The notes beneath the pieces were generated by a model. The model was not told where the DNA came from, did no database searches, and saw only the letters and a list, made by a program, of their open reading frames with translations. This document shows positions 18,747 through 28,397 of a stretch of DNA of 51,023 nt, piece after piece. The stretch is from SAR116 cluster bacterium MED-G06 (lineage in GTDB: Bacteria; Pseudomonadota; Alphaproteobacteria; Puniceispirillales; Puniceispirillaceae). The position numbers and the translations under genes were made by a program. Numbering within the stretch: position 1 is the first letter of the stretch; the number at the start of each line of letters is the position of its first letter. The stretch spans positions 1-51,023 of the forward strand of contig NTKV01000001.1 of assembly GCA_002457745.1 (NCBI GenBank). Direction: 5' to 3'.

Positions 18747-19817
18747 CTAGCGAATGCGGGCACCGCTGGTCTCGTCGAAGATATACAGGTTCTCCGGCGG
18801 CAGCTTCACCCCGACAGCATCACCAAGCTTGCCGTCAAAATCCTTGTGCGCCTTGACGACAATCTGGTCATCGCCCCAGTTCACCGTGACCAGCGTATGA
18901 TCCCCGATCAGCTCGGTGGTATAGATCTGGCCGCTGATGGTGCCCTTTTTCGGGTCGGTGACGCTGCAATCCTCGGGCCGGACGCCGGCAACGGCTTTCT
19001 CGACCCGGCCCTTGACCTTGGTCTTCACCTTCGCGCCATTGGTCAGGAAAGCGTCGCCTTCCAGCGCGCCATGAATGACATTCATCGCTGGCGAGCCGAT
19101 GAACTGCGCGACAAACAGGTTGGCCGGGTTGTTATAGATTTCAGAGGGCGAGGCCAGCTGTTGCAGAACCCCCTTTTCCAGAATCGCGACGCGGTGCGCC
19201 AGTGTCATCGCCTCGATCTGGTCATGCGTGACATAGATGGTGGTGATGCCGAGCGTGGCCTGCATATATTTCAGCTCGGCCCGCATATGGCCACGAAGCT
19301 TGGCGTCCAGATTCGACAGCGGCTCGTCCATCAGAAAGACCGACGGGCGCCGGATGATGGCACGGGCCAGCGCCACACGCTGTCTCTGGCCACCCGACAG
19401 TTCACGCGGATAGCGCTCCAGCAGCGGTTCCAGCTGCACCTGCTTCGCGGCATCCAGAATGGCGCTCTCCATGACCGCCTTGTCCAGCTTCTTCACCTTC
19501 AGCGGAAAGCCGATATTTTCTGCCACCGTCTTGTGCGGATACAGCGCGTAGGACTGGAAGACCATCGAGATGTCCCGATATTTCGGCAGCACCTCGGTAA
19601 CATCGCGGTCCCCGATATAGACACGGCCATCGGTTGGTGTCTCGAGCCCCGACAGGATGCGGAGCGCCGTCGTCTTGCCGGAGCCGGACGCGCCGAGAAG
19701 CACAAGGAACTCGCCCGGCTCAACCTCGAGATTGAATGCCTCCAGCACCTTCACGCTGCCGAAGCTTTTTTGTACCGCGTCAAATTTGACCGAGGCTCTA
19801 TCACCGCCGTCCGTCAT
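18747..19817 (-). CDS. sugar ABC transporter ATP-binding protein (MalK-like)
   Basis: GASGSGKT, VFQSYALYPH, LSGGQRQR, DEPLSNLDAKLR. Confidence 0.96.
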   Translation of the reverse strand: MTDGGDRASVKFDAVQKSFGSVKVLEAFNLEVEPGEFLVLLGASGSGKTTALRILSGLETPTDGRVYIGDRDVTEVLPKYRDISMVFQSYALYPHKTVAENIGFPLKVKKLDKAVMESAILDAAKQVQLEPLLERYPRELSGGQRQRVALARAIIRRPSVFLMDEPLSNLDAKLRGHMRAELKYMQATLGITTIYVTHDQIEAMTLAHRVAILEKGVLQQLASPSEIYNNPANLFVAQFIGSPAMNVIHGALEGDAFLTNGAKVKTKVKGRVEKAVAGVRPEDCSVTDPKKGTISGQIYTTELIGDHTLVTVNWGDDQIVVKAHKDFDGKLGDAVGVKLPPENLYIFDETSGARIR

Positions 19818-19820
19818 GCC

Positions 19821-21005
19821 CTACCCCTTCACCGCGCCAAGAAGAACGCCCTTCGAAATAAACCGCGTCAACAGCACCGACATGATGATCACCGGAATAA
19901 TCATCACCACGGTGACAGCGCACATCTCCCACCACAACACACCCTTCTCGCCGGTATTCTTTGCCGCGACCATGATCGGCATGGTCTGCACCTTGACCGT
20001 CGACAGAAAGACCGCGAACAGATACTCGTTCCAGTTCAGCACGAGGATCAGCAGCGTGGTTGCCGCGAGCCCGGGCCGCGTCAGCGGCATCACGATTTCC
20101 CAGAAAATGCCGAAGCGGGTCGCCCCGTCGAGCTGTGCCGATTCCTCAAGCTCGATCGGCAGGTTGGCAAAGAAATCATGCATCAGCCAGACGACAATCG
20201 GCAGGTTCGCCACAGCATAGAGAACGATCAGCGCCAGATGCGTGTCCAGAAGACGCACCGCCTGGAACATCACATAAAGCGGGATCACAACCACGATCGG
20301 CGGCAGGATCCGCTGCGATATCATCCAGAACAGGATGTCGCCATTGCCAAGCGACATCTTGAAATGCCGGCCAAGCGCCCGCGCCAGAAAGAAGAACAGC
20401 GCCAGCCCCACCACCGATGACATCCACCACGGCACACCGGCATAGTTGGTCGTGACAATCACCCCGATGGTCAGCAACACGAAGATCATGATATTGCCGA
20501 ATTTCGGCCGGTACTGGATCCGCGCCAGCGCGTAGGCGGCCATCGATCCGACAGCAACACAGAAGATTGTCGAGGTGATGCTGATCACCACCGAATTCGT
20601 GAATGCCAGATAGATCTTGCAGATCTGCGGTTCCATCGGCTGCAGCGATACAACCGGCGACAACAGGAAGACAACGGTGTTGTGCGCCAGAAGATAGAGC
20701 TGGCGAACGATGGCTGTCATGTCGCAATAGGGATCAGCGGTGAAGTTGATCCGCCAGGCATCGAGAGTCGGCATGAAATCCACAAAGGGAATGTAGCTGG
20801 GACCCTGATTGACCGCCGCCGCGTCCTTGAAGGAGGTGATGATCACCCAGTAGATCGGAAACAGCACGAAAAACGACCAGATGGCCAGAAAGGAATAGAC
20901 CACCACCTTTGCCACCGGCGCCATCTTGCCGACAGCAGGCGGCTCGAACAGCTTTTCGAACAGGCTGCGGTGGTGAAGATCGAATTTCGAATTCGCGTTC
21001 TTCAT
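19821..21005 (-). CDS. carbohydrate ABC permease (MalG-like, extended)
   Basis: ELEESAQLDGA EAA motif, NWNEYLFA. Confidence 0.92.
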   Translation of the reverse strand: MKNANSKFDLHHRSLFEKLFEPPAVGKMAPVAKVVVYSFLAIWSFFVLFPIYWVIITSFKDAAAVNQGPSYIPFVDFMPTLDAWRINFTADPYCDMTAIVRQLYLLAHNTVVFLLSPVVSLQPMEPQICKIYLAFTNSVVISITSTIFCVAVGSMAAYALARIQYRPKFGNIMIFVLLTIGVIVTTNYAGVPWWMSSVVGLALFFFLARALGRHFKMSLGNGDILFWMISQRILPPIVVVIPLYVMFQAVRLLDTHLALIVLYAVANLPIVVWLMHDFFANLPIELEESAQLDGATRFGIFWEIVMPLTRPGLAATTLLILVLNWNEYLFAVFLSTVKVQTMPIMVAAKNTGEKGVLWWEMCAVTVVMIIPVIIMSVLLTRFISKGVLLGAVKG

Positions 21006-22156
21006 GCCCGCGCCTTTCGTATCTGGCCAAGGACCACGTAATTGAAGAAGGATGCGCAGACCACAACCGTCAGGATCAGCAACAGATAGGCAATGGCGGC
21101 AGAGGACCCCATGTCATTCGCCCGCCAGACATAGACGGAATGCAGGGTCATCGATTCGGTCGAAGATCCCGGGCCACCGCCTGTCATGATATTCGGCAGA
21201 TCCATGATCTTGAACGCCTCGATGGCGCGGATCAGCAGCACGGTCACGGCCACCGGCACAACCTGCGGCCAGGTCACCTCGCGGAAAATATGGAAACTGG
21301 AGGCGCCATCGACCTGCGCGGCCTCGACATGATCGCGCGGCACATTCTCGAGCGCCGCCAACATGCAGATGAAGATGAAGGGAATCCATTGCCAGGAGTC
21401 ACAGATCATCATCACAAACCGCGCCGACCACGGACTGGCCGACCACACCCAGTCCTGAAGTCCAAGGAAGCCGAGAATGGGTTCGAACGGTCCCTTGGTG
21501 ACATCGGCAATCATCCGCATCGCAAAGCCGACACCAAGCGGTGTCACCATCAGCGGTATGAAAAACAGGACCCGAAAGAAATTTCGTCCCCGGATCGGTT
21601 GCGAGCACAGAAAGGCCAATCCGGTGCCGATGACAAACTGCACGGCACAGCCGAACAGAACATAGAACAGCGTCGTGTATAACGTGCCGATGGCATTGCC
21701 GGAGAGCAACGAGGCGCAGAGAAGCCAGCCAAGGAAAATCGCCATGGCGGCGGAAATCGTGCGTCCCAGCATCCGCACCCATGTGGCTGTCTTCCAGGAT
21801 CGCCAGAGCCACCAGAGGACGGCCGCGACAATCGCCACGAAAACAATGGTGCCGAAAATGCTGATCGGGTCGGTCCGTCCAAGAAAGTGAACTTCACCGC
21901 TGCCGAAGAACTGCTTTTCGAAATTGCGGAGTCCGACATAGCGAAACTTCAGCCCGTCGCCGGTAAACCGGACCCGGCTGACGGCAAAGATCATCGAATA
22001 GATGGTCGGGAAAATGGCAAAAATCAGTATCAGCGTTACCGCTGGCGCGATGAAAAAGGTACCAGCGTGACGGTCGACCCATTCACGCCAGCGGTCGCCG
22101 GCGGGTACGCCAGCCGGGGTTCCCCCCGGCTGGACCATGTTGGTTGTTGCGGACAT
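21002..22156 (-). CDS. carbohydrate ABC permease (MalF-like, extended)
   Basis: YVGLRNF, WQWIPF, EAAQVDGA, MTGGGPG; start chosen at MSATTN. Confidence 0.92.
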   Translation of the reverse strand: MSATTNMVQPGGTPAGVPAGDRWREWVDRHAGTFFIAPAVTLILIFAIFPTIYSMIFAVSRVRFTGDGLKFRYVGLRNFEKQFFGSGEVHFLGRTDPISIFGTIVFVAIVAAVLWWLWRSWKTATWVRMLGRTISAAMAIFLGWLLCASLLSGNAIGTLYTTLFYVLFGCAVQFVIGTGLAFLCSQPIRGRNFFRVLFFIPLMVTPLGVGFAMRMIADVTKGPFEPILGFLGLQDWVWSASPWSARFVMMICDSWQWIPFIFICMLAALENVPRDHVEAAQVDGASSFHIFREVTWPQVVPVAVTVLLIRAIEAFKIMDLPNIMTGGGPGSSTESMTLHSVYVWRANDMGSSAAIAYLLLILTVVVCASFFNYVVLGQIRKARA

Positions 22157-22166
22157 CGGTCCGGAA

Positions 22167-23642
22167 TCAGCTGCCAAGTGCGAGAGCTTGTGCCGCGACC
22201 TGCTCGTCACGACCAAAGTCCTCGGTCACCTCTTCCCAGCCCTCTTCGATGTTCTCAAGAGCTTCTTCTACCGAAATCTCACCAGCCAGATAGCGGGCCA
22301 GCTCGGTGTCGAGAACAACAGCCGTGTATTTCTGCGCACCCGGGATCTTCATGTCGGATGCCATGTTGAGGCTGTTCAGCGCGCCGTTGATGGCGCCGAT
22401 ATAGTTCTCGGCGAGGGCCTGCGGCATGCCAGCCTTCACGAACAGGTCGGGGCTTGCCAGCTGCGACAGGCGATACGGGTTGTAGCCCGTGGCACCGATG
22501 GTGACGTCAACAGAGGACTGTGCCGACTGGTTCATGTAGGACAGGAATGCGTAGGCTGCGTCCTTGGTCTTCTGGTCAGCACCCTTGTTCACGGCACCGG
22601 CCCAGCCACCAAAGGCGGCAAACGGCGCATAGTTGATGCCATCGACCGAATGCGGAGCATTGGCCTTGGTCACCGGAACGAGCTTGCCAGTGGCCCGGTC
22701 AAGGACTTCACGCGAACCAAGACCGGAGATTGCATAGAGCTTGCCCTTGATGGCGGCTGCATCATCGTCAAGCTGCAGCGGTCCCGGGTCACCCCACTCG
22801 ACCAGCAGGCCACAACGGCCAGCCTTGAACAATGCGCGGGTATCGCCGATGTCGAGGTTCAGCTCTTCAGGCGGACCAAACTCGCCGGTTGCCTTGTAGA
22901 GTTCAAACGCCTTCTTCCAGCCTTCATTGTTCACGATCGGCTTCATATCGGCATTGTTGAAGTGGAAGCCCTGGCCAGTACCCTGGGTCTGCACGATCGG
23001 TGCGGCAAAGGTCTGGATCGCGAAGTAGGACTGCGCGTTACGCTTCTTGAAGATACAGGAACCGAAATCGCCATCGCCATCGCCATTCATGTCCTTGCCA
23101 TGGATCTTCGAGGCGACATCAAGATAGTCTTCCCAGGTTTTCGGCGGCTGCAGGCCGGCACCGTCAAGAACGTCCTTGCGGTAATAGACCATCTGGAAGT
23201 CACCATCGACCATCAGAAGCTTGGTCTTGCCGCCGACCTTCTGGCCGAACTCGCGGAAGTATGGTGCAACGTCGTCAAGGTCGATCTTGCTGTCCTTGGC
23301 GATGTAGGGATCGAGATCCTCCAGCAACCCTGCTGCATCAAGCTCGACGCCCCAGCCAGCCGCGAAAACACCAACATCGATGGAGTTGGTACCGGTCGAC
23401 CAGTCACTCTGGATTTTTGGGAAAATCTCGGCATATGGCACTTCGGTAACAACAATCTTTGCGCCTGTTGCTTCCTGGAATTCGACACCGCGCTCGACAA
23501 GGCGACCGGCGATCACATATCCGGGGCGGGTCAGGATGTTGACGGTCACACCATCATACTCACCTGCCATTGCAACAGGGGCTGCGCCGACAAGCGCCAT
23601 GGCGCCGGCCGTCAAACCCAACAAACTCTTACGTAATGTCAT
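22167..23642 (-). CDS. carbohydrate ABC substrate-binding protein (CUT1)
   Basis: signal peptide MTLRKSLLGLTAGAMAL, YYRKDVL, PPKTWEDY; GAGGAGG RBS. Confidence 0.93.
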   Translation of the reverse strand: MTLRKSLLGLTAGAMALVGAAPVAMAGEYDGVTVNILTRPGYVIAGRLVERGVEFQEATGAKIVVTEVPYAEIFPKIQSDWSTGTNSIDVGVFAAGWGVELDAAGLLEDLDPYIAKDSKIDLDDVAPYFREFGQKVGGKTKLLMVDGDFQMVYYRKDVLDGAGLQPPKTWEDYLDVASKIHGKDMNGDGDGDFGSCIFKKRNAQSYFAIQTFAAPIVQTQGTGQGFHFNNADMKPIVNNEGWKKAFELYKATGEFGPPEELNLDIGDTRALFKAGRCGLLVEWGDPGPLQLDDDAAAIKGKLYAISGLGSREVLDRATGKLVPVTKANAPHSVDGINYAPFAAFGGWAGAVNKGADQKTKDAAYAFLSYMNQSAQSSVDVTIGATGYNPYRLSQLASPDLFVKAGMPQALAENYIGAINGALNSLNMASDMKIPGAQKYTAVVLDTELARYLAGEISVEEALENIEEGWEEVTEDFGRDEQVAAQALALGS

Positions 23643-23877
23643 GCGTAGTTTCCTCCTCAAGTTACGGGGTCGTTATTGTTTTTTTCATCTGATTTTCGAC
23701 ATCAGACGACCCTATGTGTCGCAAAACCGTAGTGCAAAAAAAACAGCTTGGGAATAGGCCAATCAGGCCCGGCACAAAAATTTCACAATCATGTCGCGTT
23801 TGTGTGCCACTATCCCAAATGCGTCTCGCCACCCAGGGTGAGCCGCCTGCGAGCAACAGGATGATGCTGGGATTACC
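23643..23877. promoter_or_regulatory. AT-rich divergent promoter region with nested inverted repeats
   Basis: lies between divergent SBP and Gfo/Idh/MocA genes; gggtcgt/acgaccc, tctgat/atcaga and ggcaca/tgtgcc pairs. Confidence 0.55.
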
Positions 23878-24948
23878 GTGATGCAGGACAGAGTTGTAAA
23901 TATCGGCATTCTCGGCTGCGGGCCGATTGCACAGGCAGGCCATTTCGAGAGCGTTACCAAGGCGCGCAACACGCGTCTCCATGCCATCTGCGATGTTGCC
24001 GGAGATCTGGTCGAGCGGTTCGCCGTGGCGCACGGCGCATCAGAAACCTATTCTGACTATGACGCGATGCTGGCCGATCCGCAGCTTGACGCTGTGATCA
24101 TCGCCACAGCCGACGCCTTTCATGTTCCGGCAGCGCTGGCCGCGCTGGCGGCTGGCAAACATGTGCTGTGTGAAAAGCCGCTCGGGGTGGCTCTGGACGA
24201 GGCCGAAATGCTTGCGGATGCGGTCGCGGACAGCGGCCTGAAACTTCAGGTGGGTCATATGAAGCGATTCGACCCGGGACTTCAGAGCGCGAAGACTTTC
24301 ATCGATCAGGACATGGGCAAGATGCTGGCCTTCAAGGGGTGGTATTGCGATTCCACCCACCGCTATCCGATGACGGACGCGGTGCAGCCGCTGATCATAA
24401 AGAGCTCGGCCAGCCGCCGGCCCGACAAGGATCCGAAGGCTGACTTGCAGCAATATTACATGCTGGCGCATGGCTGCCATCTGGTCGACACGGCACGCTT
24501 TCTGTGCGGTGAGATTGTCGAGGTGACGGCCCGCCATCTTCAGCGCTTCGGTGCCTATAGCTGGTTTGTCGATGTGGGGTTCGCCAATGGCGCGCTTGGT
24601 CATCTCGACCTGACGGTGGCCGTCCGCATGGACTGGCATGAAGGATTCCACCTCTATGGCGAGCATGGCAGCGTCGTCGCGAAGACCTTCAATCCCTGGT
24701 ATTTCCGGTCCAGCGAAGTTGATATTTTTCGGGAATCGACCGGTGAGACCTCGCGCGTTCTTGGCGCTGACGGTCATTTCTACCGCCGCCAGCTGGAAAG
24801 TTTTGCCGACGCCATCCTTGATGACCGGCAGGTCAGCGGTGCCAATGTTGCCGACGGTGTTGCCTCGGTCCGGGCCATGCTGGCCATCGCGCAGTCGGCG
24901 GAGAGCGGCAGGACCGTGAGGCTTGCCGACGTCGCGGGCGCGATCTGA
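23878..24948 (+). CDS. Gfo/Idh/MocA family oxidoreductase
   Basis: GILGCGPIA, GKHVLCEKP, VGHMKRFDP. Confidence 0.93.
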   Translation: MMQDRVVNIGILGCGPIAQAGHFESVTKARNTRLHAICDVAGDLVERFAVAHGASETYSDYDAMLADPQLDAVIIATADAFHVPAALAALAAGKHVLCEKPLGVALDEAEMLADAVADSGLKLQVGHMKRFDPGLQSAKTFIDQDMGKMLAFKGWYCDSTHRYPMTDAVQPLIIKSSASRRPDKDPKADLQQYYMLAHGCHLVDTARFLCGEIVEVTARHLQRFGAYSWFVDVGFANGALGHLDLTVAVRMDWHEGFHLYGEHGSVVAKTFNPWYFRSSEVDIFRESTGETSRVLGADGHFYRRQLESFADAILDDRQVSGANVADGVASVRAMLAIAQSAESGRTVRLADVAGAI

Positions 24949-25778
24949 TGCATATCGGGGTGTTCGCCAAGACCTTTGCCGGCACCGACCCGAACACCGT
25001 GCTGGCCGCCTGCCGGCAGGCCGGCTTCGACTGTGTCCAGTACAATATGGCCTGTTCGGGTCTCGGGGCACTGCCTGAAACAATCCCGCGGGACAGCGCG
25101 CAGCAACTCACCGCCGCCGCCCAGTCCTGCGGCATCGGCATTGCCGCTCTGTCGGCCACTTATAACATGACCGGCCCCGACCCGGCGCATCGACGCGCCG
25201 GGCGGACGGCGTTCGCCGCCATCGCCGCTTTCGCCGAGGCCATCGGATGCCCGATGCTGACCGTGTGCAGTGGCAGCCTCGATCCACAGGACAAATGGCG
25301 CCGTCACCCGGGCAATGATGATCCGGCAAGCTGGACCGACATGTGCCATGAGTTCGAGATCCTGTGCGCCATCGCCAAGACCCATGACATCCTGATCGGT
25401 GTCGAGCCGGAGCCGGCGAACATCGTGAGCTCGGCGGCGCGCGCCGCTGACTTGCTTGCCAGCTTCGCCGGCAGCCCGATCCGCATCATCCTTGACCCGG
25501 CCAACCTGATCGAGGAGGTCACGCCGGATCGGCATCAACACACCCTCGACGAGGCACTGGAACGCCTTGGCGCGATGATTGCGATGGCGCACGCCAAGGA
25601 CCGGTTTGCCGATGGCACGGTGGCCCCGGCCGGCAAGGGCGTCGTGGACTGGCCGCATCTGCTTCGTGGCCTGGCCCTGTGCGGGTTCGACGGCCCGGTG
25701 ATTGCCCATGGCATGACCGCGGCACAGGCTGGCGATGTCGCTGCCTTTCTGTCCGCGCAGATCGGAAAATCCCGGTGA
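24948..25778 (+). CDS. xylose-isomerase-like TIM barrel sugar (phosphate) isomerase/epimerase
   Basis: GVEPEPAN, ILDPANL, AHAKDR, AGKGVVDW; translationally coupled (TGATG). Confidence 0.85.
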   Translation: MHIGVFAKTFAGTDPNTVLAACRQAGFDCVQYNMACSGLGALPETIPRDSAQQLTAAAQSCGIGIAALSATYNMTGPDPAHRRAGRTAFAAIAAFAEAIGCPMLTVCSGSLDPQDKWRRHPGNDDPASWTDMCHEFEILCAIAKTHDILIGVEPEPANIVSSAARAADLLASFAGSPIRIILDPANLIEEVTPDRHQHTLDEALERLGAMIAMAHAKDRFADGTVAPAGKGVVDWPHLLRGLALCGFDGPVIAHGMTAAQAGDVAAFLSAQIGKSR

Positions 25779-26584
25779 TGACCCATGACGACATGATCAT
25801 CGACGGCCTGAAGCTGTCCGTCCGGCAGGCTGGGGCCGGCAGGCCATTCCTGTTCATTCACGGACTCTGCGGTGACGCCAGCCAGACGCAGGAGGTGTTT
25901 CCGGAGATTGCGGGCTGGCGTTGTGTCAGTCCGGATTGCCGCGGCCACGGACAGTCTGACTTCGGTGACAGCGGGAAGCTTTCGATTGCCCAGTTCACTG
26001 CCGATATGGTGGAGCTGGCAGGACGCCTTGACGGGCCGCACCCGGTGATCGGCGGCATTTCGATGGGCGCCGCCATCGCCCTTCGCGCCGCGGCGATGCA
26101 TCCGCGGATGTTCAGCGGACTTGTCCTGGCACGCCCCGCCTGGGTGGACCAGCCGGCCCCGGACAATCTCGCACCGCACCGGTTGATTGCCGATGGCCTC
26201 GCCGCCCATGGTGCCACCGCAGCGCGCAGCATGTTTGCCGCCTCGGACATGGCCCAAGAGATCGAACGCCAGGCACCCGACAATCTGGCCTCGCTGCTCG
26301 GCTTCTTTGAACGCCGGCCGACAGACCAGACACAGGCGCTTCTGGCTGCGATCGCCGCGGATGGGCCCGGCATCACCCGCGACGGCATTGCCGCCATCGA
26401 TCTGCCGGCGCTGGTGATCGGCACAAGGCGCGATCTGGCACACCCGCTAGAAATGGCACGGGCGCTGGCATCGCTGATCCCGACCGCAAGGCTTGCCGAA
26501 ATCACCCCGAAATCAGACAATCGACAGCATTATGTGACCGAGTTTCGCGCCGCCATCGGCGCATTCCTGAGGGAGATGGAATGA
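25778..26584 (+). CDS. alpha/beta hydrolase
   Basis: FIHGLCGD, DCRGHGQS, GISMG, DLAHP; TGATG coupling. Confidence 0.88.
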   Translation: MTHDDMIIDGLKLSVRQAGAGRPFLFIHGLCGDASQTQEVFPEIAGWRCVSPDCRGHGQSDFGDSGKLSIAQFTADMVELAGRLDGPHPVIGGISMGAAIALRAAAMHPRMFSGLVLARPAWVDQPAPDNLAPHRLIADGLAAHGATAARSMFAASDMAQEIERQAPDNLASLLGFFERRPTDQTQALLAAIAADGPGITRDGIAAIDLPALVIGTRRDLAHPLEMARALASLIPTARLAEITPKSDNRQHYVTEFRAAIGAFLREME

Positions 26585-27315
26585 TGGATCAACAGGCTGA
26601 CTTTCTGACCGGTCTTTCCACCGACCGGCTGCTGGCTGAGTTTTCCCTGTGGTCTGCAGATCTGGTGCGCATCGCCGATGATGTGGCGCGGGTGGACAGC
26701 CATGTGGACATCTACCACGCCGATGTGGCGGACGGACATTTCTCGCCAGCCATGCTGCTGTTTCCCGACCTGATCGCACAGCTTCGCCCGCTGACCGGCA
26801 AGCCTGTCCATGTTCACCTGATGGTGGCCGACGGCACGCTGCCCGACCAGATCGACCAGTTTGCCGAGGCCGGTGCCGACATCATCTCCCTTCATGCCGA
26901 GAATGCCGATCTTGACCGTCGCCTTGACCAGATCCGAAGCCACGGTGTCGCGGCCGGCCTTGTGCTGCAGCTTCACACGCCGGTGACAGCGGCAGCCCCG
27001 TGGCTTGACCGCCTGTCGATGCTGACGCTTCTTGGCACGAAAATGGGGATCAAGGGTGTCGGGCTTGACCCGCAGGCAGAACCCCGCATGGCCGAGGCCC
27101 GCCGCATGATCGATGCGGCCGGCAAAGAGCGTGGAGCCCGTATCCTTCTCGCCGCCGATGGTGGCATCCGAGACCACACTGTTCCGGGCCTTCGCCGTTC
27201 CGGCGCCGATACCATCGTCATGGGATCGCTTGCCTTCGGGGCGGAGGATCTGTCCGCACGCATGGGCTGGGTCCACGCCTTGCCGGGACCAGGCCGCCAT
27301 GCGGCGCCGGTCTGA
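26581..27315 (+). CDS. ribulose-phosphate 3-epimerase family protein (RPE/AlsE-like)
   Basis: YHADVADGHF, HVHLMV, SLHAE, ADGGI. Confidence 0.9.
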   Translation: MMDQQADFLTGLSTDRLLAEFSLWSADLVRIADDVARVDSHVDIYHADVADGHFSPAMLLFPDLIAQLRPLTGKPVHVHLMVADGTLPDQIDQFAEAGADIISLHAENADLDRRLDQIRSHGVAAGLVLQLHTPVTAAAPWLDRLSMLTLLGTKMGIKGVGLDPQAEPRMAEARRMIDAAGKERGARILLAADGGIRDHTVPGLRRSGADTIVMGSLAFGAEDLSARMGWVHALPGPGRHAAPV

Positions 27316-27316
27316 C

Positions 27317-28297
27317 ATGTCGGCCAGGCGGGCTATCGCGGTCGATCTTGGCGGCACACAGCTTCGCGTCGGCCTGTTTGCCGAAGACCATCTGCTCAGG
27401 CGCAGCGCGCTGCCCACTGATGTGGCCGGTGGCCCTGCCGGCATTCTTGCCCAGATCACGACACTGACCGAACAGCTCTGCGACTCCGACGGGATGAAGG
27501 ATGTCATCGGCATCGGGATGTCCTGCGCCGGACCGATCGACACTGCCAGCGGTCAGGTGACCGGCATCCCGACATTGCCGGGCTGGGACGGGATGCCGCT
27601 GTCGCAGACGTTGGAAGATCGCACCGGCCTTCCGGCGCGGGTCGAGAATGACGGGATTGCCGCCGCCCTTGGCGAATGGCGACACGGTGCCGGCAGGGAT
27701 GTCCGCAACATGGTCTATCTGACAGTCAGCACGGGAATCGGGGGTGGGGCCGTGATCGATGGCAGGCTGGTGCATGGCCATAAGGGCATCGCGGCCCATA
27801 TCGGTCACATCCGCCTGATGCAGGATGGGCCGCGATGCAGTTGCGGTGCCAGCGGATGTTTCGAGGCGCTGGCCTCCGGCACCGCATTGCAGGCGCGCGC
27901 GGCAACCGCCGCGCAGGACGGCAGCTCGCCCTTTCTTGCCGCCGCCGCGCGTGATGGCGGGGTCGCGGCGCGGCACGTGTTCGACGGCGCCCGCGCCGGT
28001 GACGACCGGTGCCGGCATCTGCTTGCCGAAGAAGCCCTGTATCTTGGCCAGGGCATGACATCCGCGATCCATATGTTCAGCCCCGAACTGGTGATTGTGG
28101 GAGGCGGGTTGTCGAACGGTTTCGATCTTCTGTCGGATGGCATTCACAGGGTCATCCGCGAGGATGCGATGCCCCCCTTCCGGAATGTTCCGGTGGTTCG
28201 CGCCGGGCTTGGCGATGATTCCGGACTGTGGGGGGCGGCATCCATGGTGCTACAGCCGGAGGATGGCTGGCGAAACAGTGGCCCGCCATCCAGCTGA
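27317..28297 (+). CDS. ROK family sugar kinase
   Basis: VDLGGT, VENDG, STGIGGG, IGHI, CSCGASGCFEA; no N-terminal HTH. Confidence 0.92.
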   Translation: MSARRAIAVDLGGTQLRVGLFAEDHLLRRSALPTDVAGGPAGILAQITTLTEQLCDSDGMKDVIGIGMSCAGPIDTASGQVTGIPTLPGWDGMPLSQTLEDRTGLPARVENDGIAAALGEWRHGAGRDVRNMVYLTVSTGIGGGAVIDGRLVHGHKGIAAHIGHIRLMQDGPRCSCGASGCFEALASGTALQARAATAAQDGSSPFLAAAARDGGVAARHVFDGARAGDDRCRHLLAEEALYLGQGMTSAIHMFSPELVIVGGGLSNGFDLLSDGIHRVIREDAMPPFRNVPVVRAGLGDDSGLWGAASMVLQPEDGWRNSGPPSS

Positions 28298-28397
28298 TTT
28301 GAATTCAGCAGGGTTGTGTGTATCCTCATAGCTGCCTTTCGATTGTGTTGGGGAATGTTCGGGTCGCCAGCCGGCCCGCGATGGCAGGGAGGACGCG

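Noticed and set aside
18744-20420. 558-aa plus-strand ORF
   Set aside because: Antisense to the well-supported ABC ATPase and permease
22137-23636. 499-aa plus-strand ORF
   Set aside because: Mirror frame of the SBP gene caused by codon bias
23760-23812. Possible sigma-54 promoters (GGCAC motifs on both strands)
   Set aside because: The GG-N10-GC spacing is not met on either strand
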